A stretch of DNA of 64,000 bases, taken from the NCBI GenBank assembly GCA_951406725.2, contig OX597825.1:9424001-9488000 (forward strand). The letters are read 5' to 3'. The notes beneath the pieces were generated by a model, which ran no database searches, was not told the origin of the DNA, and saw only the letters and a list, made by a program, of their open reading frames with translations. Both the position numbers and the translations under genes were made by a program. Below are positions 30,561 to 44,760 of this stretch, in pieces. How positions within the stretch are numbered: position 1 is the first letter of the stretch; every line of letters starts with the position of its first letter. This stretch comes from Octopus vulgaris (taxonomy: Eukaryota).

Positions 30561-31289
30561 GTGAAACTTTTCCTTATTTCACTGAAATAACTTGTTCTCC
30601 TCAATGATATGCTAACGCTTTACGAAGCATCTTATCCGGCATGACGTTACGGATTTGATTTGCTTAAGCCTTCCTTTTACTGTCAGGATATCTCATTTTT
30701 TGCTATTATATATTTCAATTATTTTATTTTTTTATCTTGTTTCATATTAGAATATTCCAATTTCCTAAGTTTACTTCTTTCCATGATTTTCGACTTGGTT
30801 TTCTTTTTTTTTTTTTTCCTTTCCGTGTTTTATGTTCAGCTGAAAAGTCTTACTTTGTTGGATCCTGTCCGATTCCCATCACTACTACGACTATCACTCA
30901 ACTGATTAGATCATTCAACCTATTGATATTCAGATTTGCTTCCGTGGAAATATTTTCATGTGAGATGCTGTTCAGCTTGGCTTTATATCGTGAAGGTGTG
31001 TGGTGGTGCGTTGCTTGGATATGCGTTTCTGTTTAATTCATGACCATGGTTAGTCTGCGTTACTCGGTATGTAGCATCGAAGAGGCTAGGGAACAGAAGA
31101 AAGAAGAAGAAAGAAGACATGCACCCAACACCAGAGCTGAAGACACCTCCGAAAAGGGGGCCGCCACGTCAAAACAGTAGAGGAGTAGGGGCCGAAACCG
31201 GACATGGTTCCTCCTGATGATGTCTTGAGCTAACTGGATCCTATAAAGGAGCTGTTGTGGTAGCAGACCACGAAACACGGTTGAAATTC

Positions 31290-31502
31290 CTCAGCATGCA
31301 GCCGGTTTTCCGATATCTCTGACGTACATATCCCTCCCTGTATGGGACGCCATTCTGTCGCATGATTACTCATTGTCGCCAGCTGAGTGGACTGAAGCAA
31401 AGTAAAACTATGTGTTTTGTTCAAGAACACATCGCCCGATTCAGGAATCGAAACCACGATCTTGTATTCATGAGTCCAACACCCTAACCACCAAGCCATG
31501 AT
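31290..31502 (-). mobile_element. tRNA-derived SINE (head 2 / core 2)
   Basis: Minus strand ATGGCTTGGTGGTTAGGGTG...GTTTCGATTCC...CTTCAGTCCACTCAGCTGG. Confidence 0.72.
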
Positions 31503-31817
31503 CCTCTACCATTCATAACCATGGGTTATATTATTTTCTTTTATGTTCTTCATGTTAAATTTTCCTGAGATTAACTCTAGTTAATTATTTGTTATTTCAT
31601 TCTGTTTATCAAGTATTAAAATGGCGATATGCTTTGCGCGCGCGTGGTGTGTGTGATGGGGGATCAAGTAGAATAGATGAACTGAAAAGGTATCACTTAC
31701 GGCGAGAAATAGACGCCTCAAGCAACAAGAATCTATTGTTGGTGATCGAATGCGTGATGCGAAACGTTAAAATAAAAGTCAACTGAGGTTAATAAAGCAA
31801 CACTCAGATTATTAAAA

Positions 31818-31881
31818 GACCCCAGAAGACTCTAACTCAGACCCCAGAAGACTCTAACTCAGACCCCAGAAGACGCTAGCT
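31818..31881. repeat. 22-bp tandem repeat, about 3 copies
   Basis: AGACCCCAGAAGACTCTAACTC repeated. Confidence 0.9.
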
Positions 31882-32224
31882 CTCCGATTCAGAAACACAG
31901 GTGTGCGGCTTTCAAGTGGAACTTAGCCGCACGATTCGTGAAGTGCAACGGACAGGATATATACTGGACTTCCATCAACGAAAACAACACGGAGAAAAAT
32001 AACAACAAAAAGAGTAAACATAACAACAATTTCCCAAACTTTGACGTCGTAGGAGAGAAAGTTCATGTACACCATGTGGAAAATCGTTTTAAAAGATTCG
32101 ATAGACTTCCGGTGTGGCTCGAAAGAAAAGTCTCTCTTTTACCGCATTTTGGACAGGGAAAATATCAGAACAGTTTACTATTGTAAATATCAGGTTTTTA
32201 CACAAATATTATCGCCTACATCGC

Positions 32225-32462
32225 CTACACTGAAGAGTATTCGAGCGGTTCCAAGCAGTGCTGTTTTCTGCAAGTGCTCCACCCATATTTCAACCCCTAT
32301 TTGTTCCATCCGTTTAATTTCGACTTAAGGATCAGTCTCAGCCTGTGCGAGTACTCCCCCTTAAATTTTTCGGTCAAATCATTCTCCATCAATTTATCCA
32401 TCTGTTTGATAACCTCCCCCGACGGTATCGCTAACCCGTCCATACATTTGATTTTGCCTCTC
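32225..32462 (-). mobile_element. internally deleted R4/Dong-like LINE
   Basis: GKIKCMDGLAIPSGEVIK...EYSHRLRLILKSKLNGWNK is fused directly to IGVEIWVEHLQKTALLGTARIL. Confidence 0.75.
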
Positions 32463-32494
32463 TAATTATCATTATTATTATTTTGATTTTGCCT

Positions 32495-32723
32495 CGGCGA
32501 GCTGGCAGAAACGTTAGCACGCCGGGCGAAATGCGTAGCCGTATTTCGTCTGCCGTTACGTTCCGAGTTCAAATTCTGCCGAGGTCGACTTTGCCTTTCA
32601 TCCTTTCGGGGTCGATTAAATAAGTACCAGTTATGCACTGGAGTCGATGTAATCGACTTAATCCCTTTGTTTGTCCTTGTTTGTCCCCTTTGTGTTTAGC
32701 CCCTTGTGGGTAGTAAAGAAATA
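32495..32723 (+). mobile_element. SINE family A
   Basis: Full-length match. Confidence 0.9.
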
Positions 32724-33434
32724 TATCATTAGTAGTAAAGAAATATATTGTAAAATATCATCATTAGTAGTAGTAGTAATAGTAGTAGTAGTAGTAGTAG
32801 TAGTAGTAAGTATATATCAATAATGAGACTAGTTGACATGGAATGATATGTCACTATACAATCCGTTGATCAATAATTTAAAGCAATTTTCAAACTCCAC
32901 CTTATACCCTCTTCCGATATGGCTTTGATCCCTCTGACAATGTTAATGCAAACTAACTTATCAGCTAGTCAAACATTATGAAGGAAACACTGCGTATTGT
33001 TCACGGCTGACCTCAGAGTCAACTTTAAAGTGTGAAGAGCAATCCTGTGATACGATCCGTTAGAATTTCCATTGAAGTTAATGGAATGGACTTTCTTCCT
33101 CGCAGATATGTCAATGGGAAGTCAGAGAGATTTTCACTCGCAGACAATAAGGTTATTCGGTCATGTTAGTGTACAAAGTCGGATAAAAGTTATACATAAA
33201 AATGGATTAGAAACATCTTAAAACACGATTTATCTGATAAAGTAGCATTTAATAGCTTATCACATGGATCAATCGAGGCTGTTCTGTTAAAGCGTCCCAG
33301 TCCCGACCATGTGGTTCTATGATTCATCCTGATACATGTTACATTTGCGGCGTGTCTTCTCTAATAGCCTTCGACTAATACATTCTGGGTAGAATTTGGT
33401 TAATAGAAACTGCATCGTATTTGTGGGGAGGTGT

Positions 33435-33945
33435 AGAGTCATGGCTGTGTTTGTTAAGAAGCTCATTTTGCAACCATGCAGTTTCAGGTTCAGTCCCACA
33501 GTGTGGCACCTTGGGCAGATGTCTTCTAAGGCGGCGAGCTGGCAGAATCGCTAGCGCGCTGGACGAAATGCTTAGCGGTATTTCGTCTGCCGTTACGTTG
33601 TGAGTTCAAATTCCGCCGAGGTCGACTTTGGCTTTCATCCTTTCAGGGTCGATAAATTAAGTGCCAGTTACGCACTGGAGTCGATATAATCGACTTAATA
33701 CCTATATCTGTCCTTGTTTGTCCCTTCTATTTTTAGCCCCTTGTGGGTAATAAAGAAATAGGTATTTCGTCTGCCGTTACGTTGTGCGTTCAAATTCCGC
33801 CGAGATCGACTTTGCCTTTCATCCTTTCAGGGTCGATAAATTAAGTACCAGTTAGGCACTGGGGTCGTTGTAATCGACTTAATACCTATGTCTGTCCTTG
33901 TTTGTCCCCTCTGTGTTTAGGTCCTTGTGGGTAATAGAGAAATAC
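33435..33945 (+). mobile_element. SINE B head followed by a SINE A dimer
   Basis: B head at 33435-33527, A head at 33528, and a second head-less A unit after AAGAAATA|GGTATTTCGTCTGCC at about 33760. Confidence 0.85.
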
Positions 33946-34079
33946 GTATTTGTGGGTATGTGCGTGTATGTGTGTATTTGTATTTGAACGTATGTAAATA
34001 TGAGTGTGTATATTTGAGTGGGTATCTGCGTGAGGGGGTTTATCTGTGACCCTGATGCGTTTCTGTGTTTATGTTCTTG

Positions 34080-34183
34080 AGGCGCAGGAGTGGCTGGGTG
34101 GTAAGTAGCTTGCTTAGCAACCACATGGCTGACCAAAGCCTTCTGAGTGGATTTGGTAGACGGAAACTGAAAGAAGCCCGTCG

Positions 34184-34222
<39 letters not shown>

Positions 34223-34445
34223 ATGTTTGTGTGTCTGTGTTTGCCACCCCAACATCGCTTGACAACCGATGCTGGTGTGTTTACGTGCCCGTAACTTAGC
34301 GGTTCAGCAAAAGAGACTGATAGAATAAGTACTACGCTTACAAAGAATAAATCCTGGAGTCGATTTGCTCGACTAAAAGGCGGTGCTCCAGCATGGCCAC
34401 TGTCAAATGACTGAAACAAGTAAAAGAGTAAATGAGTAAAGAGTA
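34080..34445 (+). mobile_element. SINE family B with an internal deletion
   Basis: AGGCGCAGGAGTGGCTG head and AGTAAAAG tail. Confidence 0.85.
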
Positions 34446-34810
34446 ATACAACTCCGTTGATTAAAACAAAACCTGTGACATTAGACAGGAACTTTCTTCG
34501 CCATAAATATAGCACAATTATTTTCCAGCTGTGATGAACCAGCCACAAATTGTTATATTAGATAACTTGTCGTAAGCACCTAGCACTATGTCTCTCTCTC
34601 TCTCTGCATCTAGTTACTGCTGTTAGTATTTGTAAAAGAGCCACATAACTAAAACTCTTAGGTGAGGAAATAAAATCTCTTCATCGTCTGCGGTTGTGGT
34701 TATTTATTTCTTTACGCAGCGCAAGAAATACATTTTCCTTCACCAATCTAACAACAACAGCAGGAGCTACTAGCACACACAGCAAGTGACAATATCATTG
34801 TGCTTCCAGG

Positions 34811-35125
34811 CAGTGCCGGATTTTGGACAAATGAGGCCCTGTGCTAGTTAAGTTATGAGGCTCCTTACTTAGTGGGGCCTTTACTTATGAGGGCCTTTAC
34901 TTGGCCCTTAATGTTAAAAATTAACGTGTAAAAGCGTTCACATTAACTTTACCTTATATCTTTTAGGAAAAATATTTGAATGTTTGACATTTGAAAAATT
35001 TACGGTAAAAAACTTTGGGGGCAAGAAAATAGACCCACAAATGTTTGACATTTGAAAAATTCATCGTAAAAACTTTTGGGCCTTGTGCTTAAGCACACGT
35101 AAGCACAATAGTAAATCTGGTACTG
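34811..35125. mobile_element. non-autonomous hAT transposon (MITE)
   Basis: TIRs CAGTGCCGGATTT / AAATCTGGTACTG; perfect 8-bp TSD CTTCCAGG at 34803-34810 and 35126-35133; internal ~40-bp direct repeat. Confidence 0.88.
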
Positions 35126-37234
35126 CTTCCAGGAACATATTCGAGAGTTATGCTTTCAGCAAACCATCCAAATCATTTGAAGATACGATGGAAATTTTTA
35201 GCCAGATAAAGCAAGATTTCGTGTTACGCTTTAAAGAAACTTAACTGCAAAATGAAACGGAAAACAATCAAAATATTTAACACAAGGAAACAGTGTTATG
35301 AAAATCTACAAATGTATGCAATAGAATAGATATTTTGCCCCGCCTGCTAACGATTCTACCAGCAGGCCGCCCTAATCTTTATTAATATTAGTATTATTGA
35401 GTAAGGCGGCGTGCTGGCAGAATCGTTAGCACCCCGGGCAAAATTCTTAGCAGTATTTGGTCCATCGTAACGTTCTGAGTTCAAATACCACCGAGGTTGA
35501 CTTTACCTTTCATTTGTTAGAATATGACCGTACGTGAGGAGTTTCGGTGACATTGTTCTCCTCTTGTTCATCAGCGTCCGGCCGCATCCCAACATAACAT
35601 AACATAATGTTATATAAGCCATAATACATGTTTAATATACAGTGCCAAAGTAAATGTATAAAGGAACGCCAAAAACCGTTCTACTTTTATAAAGAGAAGA
35701 TAGATTTTATTCACAATGTACAAAGTGATTTGTGATTATTAGCATAGTGTTGTGTCGTGAATGCATGCTTATAATATTTGTGTCTGTGTGTTCGTGTGTG
35801 CGACAAAAGTACAGAATAAGATTTATGCAAATACAACAGAGCATGAGAGAAGTCTCAACATTTTGAGTTTAAATGAAGTTACTTTAGAGTTATTTTACCA
35901 GTTCATGTAGTACACGATAATGAATTCTATACAAGATTTGAGTCTCGCAGCTGAGATTAATTGAGTCACTTGTGCATATTTTTCTCTTGATATAGATATT
36001 CTTTCAGATATATATACTGCAACTGTTTTCCCGTGGTGAGATTTTCACTCTAACAGCATGAGTTGAATCTGTATTTATCTTGTTGTGTACAAGTTGAAAT
36101 CTTCATAGATGGAGATGATGTTGGTGATGACGTTATGTCTGTCGCTTGGTTTACAATAGCGTCTTCATATTATGTTTGGCTTGGCTGTCGTCTGCCTTTC
36201 GAACTGGAACATGGTTGAATAAGCTCTGTGTGGTCTCCGACCAAGACCTTAAAAGGTCTTAAGCCAAAAGACAGTGAATCGTGATATGATCAGCCTATTT
36301 AAAGAGTTAAGATGGCTCAAATGAAAAGTCCTATCCGAAAGCCGTGATTGGTCAGTTTACACACTGGCGCGAAGTAAGTAGAGAGACAGACCGCACTTAG
36401 ATGCTAACCAATCAGATCAGTGGACACAACAACGTTAAACTAGCCAAAGATGTTTGTAATCTCAAACGAGATCATTCTTAATATTTTTCTCAAACAGTGA
36501 AGATAGCAATGAAGAAAACAATATTGCTACACATTCTTACAGGGTCGATAAAATAAGCACCTGTAAAGCCCTGGCTTCGACGTAATCAACTTTCCCTCTA
36601 CGTCGAACTTGTTGGCCCGGTGCCTTAATTAGAAACCAATATTAAGAGACAAAAACTGAAAAAAAAGGGATTGGAAATGTTATAATTTAATGACAATATA
36701 CAATATATTCATCTATTTATATCAAGAAAACAGCATTGGATGCGGCTTATTTAAAGAGGAGATAAAGTTTGTTTAGTAATTATAAGATTTATGAGGTACG
36801 TTGGAAGGTTTGTTGAGCGGCAGCCAGTTCAGAGCAGCCAACAAAATGTATGGTAGATGCACAGAAACAGAAAATTGTTTCCAAATGAAAGAACAAATGC
36901 GTGTAAGTATGGAAAATATTGAATGAAATATTTTGCAATGGTTTTACTATAATAATGATTTATTGTTTACAGCCAAGAGGAGTCAAAAACCAACAATATT
37001 GACGGAGAAATGTGAAATACTGGAATTGAAATCCCGATAGGAAAGATGTGGAAGCTATACAAATGAATTTCTGTTGTTGTATTATTATTTATCTTGTTGT
37101 TCTCATTTGTTGCTGCTGCCGTTGTTGTTGTTGGTGTTGTTGTTGTTGTTGTTGGCACCTGCAATGTTGTCCGGAACACACCGCCGTCTAACAGTCAGGC
37201 AAGCTTTCGGTGGAAGTTCTCTCTCTTTCTTTTT

Positions 37235-37626
37235 CTTTTACTTGTTTCAGTCATTTGACTGCGGCCATGCTGGAGCACCGCCTTTTAATCGAGAAACTCG
37301 ACCCCGGGACTTATTCTTTTTGTAAGCCCAGTACTTATTATATCGGTCTCTTTTGCCGAAACGCTAAGTGACGGGGACGTAAACACACCAGCATCGGTTG
37401 TCAAGCAATGCTAGGGGAACAAACACAGACACACAAACACACATATACATATACATATATACGACGGGCTTCTTTCAGTTTCCGTCTACCAAATCCACTC
37501 ACAAGGCTTTGGTCGGCCCGAAGCTATAGTAGAAGATACTTGCCCAAGGTGCCACGCAGTGGGACTGAACCCGGAACCATGTGGTTGGTAAACAAGCTAC
37601 TTACGACACAGCCACTCCTGCGCCTA
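37235..37626 (-). mobile_element. SINE family B, full length
   Basis: Complete head-to-tail match with the other copies. Confidence 0.9.
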
Positions 37627-37734
37627 CGTTAGGTTTTATGTAAATATTCATTGTTCTTTGTCTTGGTATTGTCCTAATGCGCTTCAAGGAACTTACAGCC
37701 TTAAACCACGTTTAGATAAAGAAAGATATATATA

Positions 37735-37966
37735 TTTCTTTACTGCCCACAAGGGGCTAAACATAGAGAGGACAAACAAGGACAGACGAAGGGATTGAGT
37801 CGATTATATCGCCCCTCAGTGCGAAACTGGTACTTTATTTATCGACCCCGAAAGGATGAAAGGCAAAGTTGACTTCGGCGGAATTTGAACTCAGAACGTA
37901 ACGACAGACGAAATACCGCTTAGCATTTCGTCCGGCGCGCTAATGTGTCTGCCAGCTCGCCGCCTT
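37735..37966 (-). mobile_element. SINE family A
   Basis: Full-length match. Confidence 0.9.
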
Positions 37967-38276
37967 ATCATTATCATCATTTCCTTTATTGTTGTTGTTG
38001 TTGTGATTGTTATTATTACCTAATTGTTCAACATTTTTACTTCATCAGCTGCTACACCTCCGTGTTGCTCAGGTGTGAGCAGCATTGTGGTCTTTTCTGT
38101 TGTTTCGTAGCGCACAAACTCTTCCCGATATAGTATTGCCTTAGATTTTCGCTCTTGTTGTGTGGTGCACTCTTACGTTGTATTACTGCTTGTATTGTGT
38201 GATGATTGTGTAATGCGTTGGTTCCCTAGCTTACTGGCCGATGTTTATTTCACTAGATAATTGTCGTTTAGAATGT

Positions 38277-38399
<123 letters not shown>

Positions 38400-38436
38400 G
38401 TATTGTTATTATTATTATTATTATTGTTATTATTAC

Positions 38437-38483
<47 letters not shown>

Positions 38484-38486
38484 GTA

Positions 38487-38546
<60 letters not shown>

Positions 38547-38549
38547 GTA

Positions 38550-38682
<133 letters not shown>

Positions 38683-38686
38683 GTTA

Positions 38687-38720
<34 letters not shown>

Positions 38721-38752
38721 GTTGTTGTTGTGATTGTTATTATTACCTATTA

Positions 38753-38942
38753 TTCAGTAGTTTTATTTTTATAGCGTGCTTTCACTTCACTACCGAGCGC
38801 AGCTCTGTGTGCCTTGGGTATGTGCTGTGGTTTGTTGTGATGCTCTGATGGTTATTGTATGGAAAGTGTTCTGCATAGGATGTGTGCAGTGCCTAGTAGT
38901 GCAATTTTCTGTATGTTATATGTGTTTGTAAGTCCTGGTGTT

Positions 38943-38950
<8 letters not shown>
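38753..38950 (-). mobile_element. R4/Dong-like LINE 3' end in (TAA)n
   Basis: Near-identical to 17928-18125. Confidence 0.88.
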
Positions 38951-39023
<73 letters not shown>

Positions 39024-39025
39024 GT

Positions 39026-39139
<114 letters not shown>

Positions 39140-39145
39140 GTATTA

Positions 39146-39335
39146 TTCAGTAGTTTTATTTTTATAGCGTGCTTTCACTTCACTACCGAGCACAGCTGTG
39201 TGTGCCTTAGGTATGTGCTGTGGTTTGTTGTGATGCTCTGATGGTTATTGTATGGAAAGTGTTCTGCATAGGATGTGTGCAGTGCCTAGTAGTGCAATTT
39301 TCTGTATGTTATATGTGTTTGTAAGTCCTGGTGTT

Positions 39336-39343
<8 letters not shown>
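39146..39343 (-). mobile_element. R4/Dong-like LINE 3' end in (TAA)n, second copy
   Basis: Same endpoints as 38753-38950, with about 3 substitutions. Confidence 0.88.
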
Positions 39344-39409
<66 letters not shown>

Positions 39410-39770
39410 CTCATGAGAACTCTGGGTCTGTTTTGCTGGGTATGATGTAATGTATCAGATGTCCACAGCCAGCAAACTACAGTGACACTTGCTTTCTGAT
39501 CAAGAGCCCTGGGGAGATCTCTTGCAGTTCCATGCATTTACGATTTTTCTAGATGTTCTATCTCTATGCTCGTACTAATCTTTTTTGAGCCATGTCGGTA
39601 ATTGAGGGCCGATACTTTCAAGCGTGCCAATTACTACCGGCATCACGTCCACTCTCTTTATTTCCCAGAATCTGCATATTTCCCACTTCAAATCGTCATA
39701 GCTGCTCAGTTTTTCTTTAGCTTTCTCTTAGAGCCTCTTGTCACCGGGACATGCCATGTAGATTATCATT
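39410..39770 (-). mobile_element. R4/Dong-like LINE RLE domain relic
   Basis: MACPGDKRL*EKAKEKLSSYDDLKWEICRFWEIKRVDVMPVVIGTL; the 3' UTR resembles 18348-18445; TAA flanks. Confidence 0.8.
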
Positions 39771-39796
39771 CTTATTCTTATTCTTATTATATTTAC

Positions 39797-39894
<98 letters not shown>

Positions 39895-39989
39895 TCATCT
39901 TCATCATCAATACTGGCATGCAGTATTGAGCAGAATATTTACGGTAGCCCATCTTTGACACCAAGACAAAACATGTACATGTTAACCTT

Positions 39990-40053
<64 letters not shown>

Positions 40054-40054
40054 C

Positions 40055-40110
<56 letters not shown>

Positions 40111-40111
40111 C

Positions 40112-40152
<41 letters not shown>

Positions 40153-40178
40153 CATTATTATTATCGTTATTATTATTA

Positions 40179-40212
<34 letters not shown>

Positions 40213-40397
40213 CGTTATTATTATCGTTATTATCATTATTATTATTATCGTTATTATCATTATTATTATTATCATTATTATTATTGTCATCGTCGTCGTC
40301 CTCATCGTAGTCAACGTGGCCGTGGTTGTTGTTTTATTGATATTATTATTACTATTACCATTATTATTATTGTTATTATGATTATCATCATTATTAA

Positions 40398-40436
<39 letters not shown>

Positions 40437-40437
40437 G

Positions 40438-40475
<38 letters not shown>

Positions 40476-40552
40476 TATTATTATTATTACTATTATTATT
40501 ATTATTACTATTATTATTATTATTACTATTATTATTATTATTATTATTATTT
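39990..40552. repeat. (TTA)n microsatellite
   Basis: Read directly; source of the poly-I/Y/L ORFs. Confidence 0.97.
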
Positions 40553-41024
40553 AATGGTGGATTAGTGCTGTTTCATCTAGTATTCTTGTAATCAAATTCT
40601 GCATTCTATATATGCTGAATACATTCTTGATGTTTAATACTTTAAGTGATGCAAGTTAAATAAGCCCACTGCATGGCTTCAATTCTCGATTTATCTCTGA
40701 ACTCTATTCAATGTAGATTTATACACAATCGCATACGTGAAATTCGGTAGATCACTAACAAATCTTTAGTTATTATCCCTTGTATTTAATCAAAGAATGC
40801 TGGTGAATCTAATTAACTCTAAACCGATATTTGCATCTCTATAGTGTTTCAAGGAGTTGAAGTAGTCAGTGACTGGAGTCACAAACTGGATTTACGCATA
40901 TATTATTATATTAAATGTACGCGATGTTTGAACTTATAGAAGCAATATCATGCTGTGTGTGATTATGAATATGCGGCTGCATGTAAAACGTGTATATTCA
41001 TAAAGACAATAAATATCTTCATAT

Positions 41025-41070
<46 letters not shown>

Positions 41071-41866
41071 CTATATATATGTATACATACACGCACACAC
41101 ATATATATACATTTATGTGTGTGTCTGTGTGTATCTAAGTACGTTTATATAAATATATGTATATTATTGTATATGTGTCTGTGCATGCATACGTCTATAG
41201 AGATACAAAGGTAGGTTGGAATATTTCCCTATATTTTCAAACAATGCATCTTCTGATTGAGTGTTCATTGAGTTTAGTTGTGTCATTGCTGTTTCTATTG
41301 TGTTTTTTCACTAAAAATTAATCTAATACCTTTTATTCAATCAGTGAAGTATTACAGAATTATAAGAATGGCTTCAGATAATATATTTTTCATGTGCCTT
41401 TATGTGTATGAAATATTTATGTATATTACATCATTCCCAATACAATTAAAACCACGGAATATTTTAGGAACATAAGTTCACCGTTCACGATTCTATATGG
41501 GTTCTCCATAAGATATTACTTGAACCAGAGATGAACCACTTTCCAGTTAACCTACAAAATAAATAATTATACAAAATATATTTGATTATTTCGAACAGCA
41601 GTTCCTAACCAATGAGAAAATGAAGAGTTTCTCCTGTAAGGAATTTTTTTTAGGTTAAAACTTAGTTTTTCCGTATGAGTACAGATTTTGCTGGAGTCAT
41701 TTTCTTTAATATTTGATTTTTAAGGATCCTGTTTTTAAAGAAGCAACGACTGTTAATATATACAATAAGCTGCATTGTATAAAAGAATTAATAATTTTAT
41801 CCTAGATGTGTCGGTGAAACTTGTTAAAATGGTAAAATGGATATGCAGAAAAACAGTAACTAACGC

Positions 41867-42067
41867 CTCTTTTACTTGTTTCAGTCATCTGACTGTGGCC
41901 ATGCTGTAGCACCGCCTTAAGTCGAGCAAAGCGACCCCAGGACTTATTCTTTGTAAGCCTAGTATTTATTCCATCAGTCTTTTTGCCGAACCGCTAAGTT
42001 ACGGGCACGTAAACACAGCAACATCGGTTTTCAAGCGATGTTGGAGACAAACACAAACACACAAACG

Positions 42068-42102
<35 letters not shown>

Positions 42103-42111
42103 GTATATATA

Positions 42112-42158
<47 letters not shown>

Positions 42159-42322
42159 GACGGGATTATTTCAGTTTCCGTCTACCAAATCCGCTCACAA
42201 GGCTTTGATCGGCCCGAGGTTATAGTAGAATACACTTGCCCAAGGTGCCCCGCAGAGGGACTGAACCCTGAACCATGTGGTCGGTAAGCAAGCTACTCAC
42301 CACACAGCCAATCCTACGCCTA
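41867..42322 (-). mobile_element. SINE family B
   Basis: Full-length match with an expanded internal (CA)n(TA)n. Confidence 0.88.
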
Positions 42323-43248
42323 TACCTATATTTATATATATAAACTTTTCTATTTGTAATACATCTCTGAACGCCTCGATCTCACCATTCTTGCAGGGAG
42401 CAAGGATAGTTTTATATTGAATTGGTCGGCCAAATTATTTCGATGATTGATGATTAATTATTAATTAAACTATATCCGGATGATCATTCTATGTATGTGA
42501 TAACAAACCTTAATCACGTGACAGTTACTGTGAAAACACTAAATTTACGTCTATTGAAAAATTATAACATTGAGAAGGTTTTCAGTAGACCAAGAATATG
42601 TGAATATATTAAGTGAAAATGTCTGATAGAAAATCACTGGTACTCAGACCCAGCGACTTTATGAATATGCTGAGTATTTTCAAACATTATTAATATGTTC
42701 AGAGTTAATGCAAGTTATCATAAATCAATTAGATTTCTGTATCGTGTTTATGTATCCATTTGCGTAGAAAATGTAATCTGTCATCCGACCTAACATCTCC
42801 ATCTGATCCTTGAGTGCCTTTAGCGGAGCACAGTTTCTCACCTAGTCCTGGCATTACGGGAAACTGAAAACAATCAAGTATCCAACGCATCCTCATGTGA
42901 CTATGTTACAAAATTTTCTGTTCCACTTGGCACGATATCTGCCATTCTATAAGATCATGAAGAATTGATCGGGGAAAAAAATAGTTTGTTCTGTACAAAA
43001 ATATACAAAAATATGATGCTTTCAGAAACGGGTGGGCTTGTGTTGAGCGGAATACATGATGCAAAATTATTTTGCAATTATTCCAATTAATTTCTGTTAT
43101 GTCACAAATACTCTTGGGAAATGTGTGTGTTACAACCATAACTGCTTGTTTTATTGACGCTAAGCCACGTCTTTGTAGAGACGCAAGTATCGTAATGATA
43201 ATTTTCAGAAATATTATATAGCAATTAGGATAATGATAATAATTTTAG

Positions 43249-43748
43249 CTTCAAATTTTGGCACAAGGCCAGCAAGTTTTGGGGAGGGCATGAGTCGATT
43301 ACTTTGGCGCCAGTACTCGACTACTACTCATTTTTCGGCCTTGTAAGGATGAAAGGCAAATTCAACCTCGATATAATTTGAACTCTGAACGTAAAAACGG
43401 ACGAAATGCCGCTAAGCATTTTGCTCAGCATGCTAACGATTCTGCCAAGTCGCCCCCTTTGTAATAATAATAATAATAATAATATTGGTTTCAAATTTTG
43501 GCACTGGGCCAGCAAGTTAAGAGGAGAGGTTACGCCGATTACATCGACACCAGCGCTTAACTGGTACTAATTTTATCGACCCCAAAATGGTGAGAAACAA
43601 TGTCGGCCTCAGTGGAATCTGAACACCAAATGTAAAGATAGGCGAAAATTCTGCTAAGTATTTTACTACATGTTCGCCGCCTTGATAACGATAATAATTT
43701 TGGCACAAGGCCAGCACGTTCAGGGGTGGGGAGTAGATTATATCGAGA
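43249..43748 (-). mobile_element. tandem older SINE A-related copies
   Basis: A TTTTGGCAC(AA/TG)GGCCAGCA tail recurs at about 43256, 43496 and 43697 with degenerate family A cores. Confidence 0.65.
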
Positions 43749-43764
43749 GAGCTGACCGTACTTC

Positions 43765-44460
43765 TATTCTCGTAGAGTTTATCCCGAACTGGCAATGCCT
43801 TCCGGTAACTCGGCCAGGCCAAGGATTTCTACGATTTATACATAGGCCCCGTTCCCAAAAATCCTCCGGAATGGAATAACCAATTGGTTCTCGTCGACAC
43901 CTAGGGTCTCTCCGGTTACGTCATCCTATTTGCCTGTTGCTAACACTATAGAACGACAGAGTGGAACGTCCAGCGACCGTATTGCCTGATTGGCAAAGTA
44001 TTATGGGCTCCTGGTGACACACTCGGTGCCAGGTGCCATGCCTCGGTTTACACTTGATCCAGAGCTGCATTTCAGTGAAACAGTCGAGCTGTAGAAGAGC
44101 GAGACTGACAAATGGCCATCACACCCGCTTACCGTCAAGGAAGCGCTGGAGATGTCGTAGTTTCAGCGTATGTCTGCAGCCACTGTATTCTCTGTACTGC
44201 ATTCTGTATGTGTTGGCAGCAAATGGAGCATTTGACCAGTGGAACGCACCCCTTCCACAGAAAGCGGAAATTACGTGCTCCGGTTTGGTCAGACGAAAGC
44301 CGAGGCAGGGCAGAACGGTCAGTTTGTAGTATATACGATTGAGGCATTCGTACCTTCCATCTGATCTTTCAGAGATCCCTTTTTTTCGGTCCATTTCTGG
44401 GTGAGATTGACCATTTTGATAGTTATCACGTCCTAATTCTACACCTGGAGGTCTGGACCA
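43765..44460 (-). mobile_element. L1/Tx1-clade LINE relic (post-RT region)
   Basis: Minus-strand translations IYYKLTVLPC..LTK, FRFLWKGCVPLVKCSICCQH and AW..YRKALPVRDKL; nucleotide similarity to 63130-63240. Confidence 0.75.
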
Positions 44461-44469
44461 AATTAGACC

Positions 44470-44760
44470 CGAACAATTTATTAAAAGCTGCTAGAGTTAC
44501 AGCAGGACATAGGGAAATAAAAAAACTCAAACGAAATTAAAAACCAGAAAAAGGAACAGATATTATCTGACTGGCAGGAAAAGGCGTTGCATGATAGATT
44601 CCCAAAGATAGTTGCAACAAATAGTAGTAGTGAGAAATGGTTATGGTTGCAGAAAGAGAAGCTGTAGAGGGTAACAGAAAGTTTGTTATTAGCTGCTCAA
44701 GATCAAGCATTAAGGACTAATTGGATAAAAGCCAGATAAACAAAAATCCCAGTCTGTTGT
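44470..44760 (+). mobile_element. R4/Dong-like LINE relic
   Basis: DWQEKALHDRF...KWLWLQKEKL*RVTESLLLAAQDQALRTNWIKA. Confidence 0.8.

Noticed and set aside
35530-35580. Hammerhead on the minus strand (CTGATGA...GAAAC)
   Set aside because: Stems II and III do not pair.
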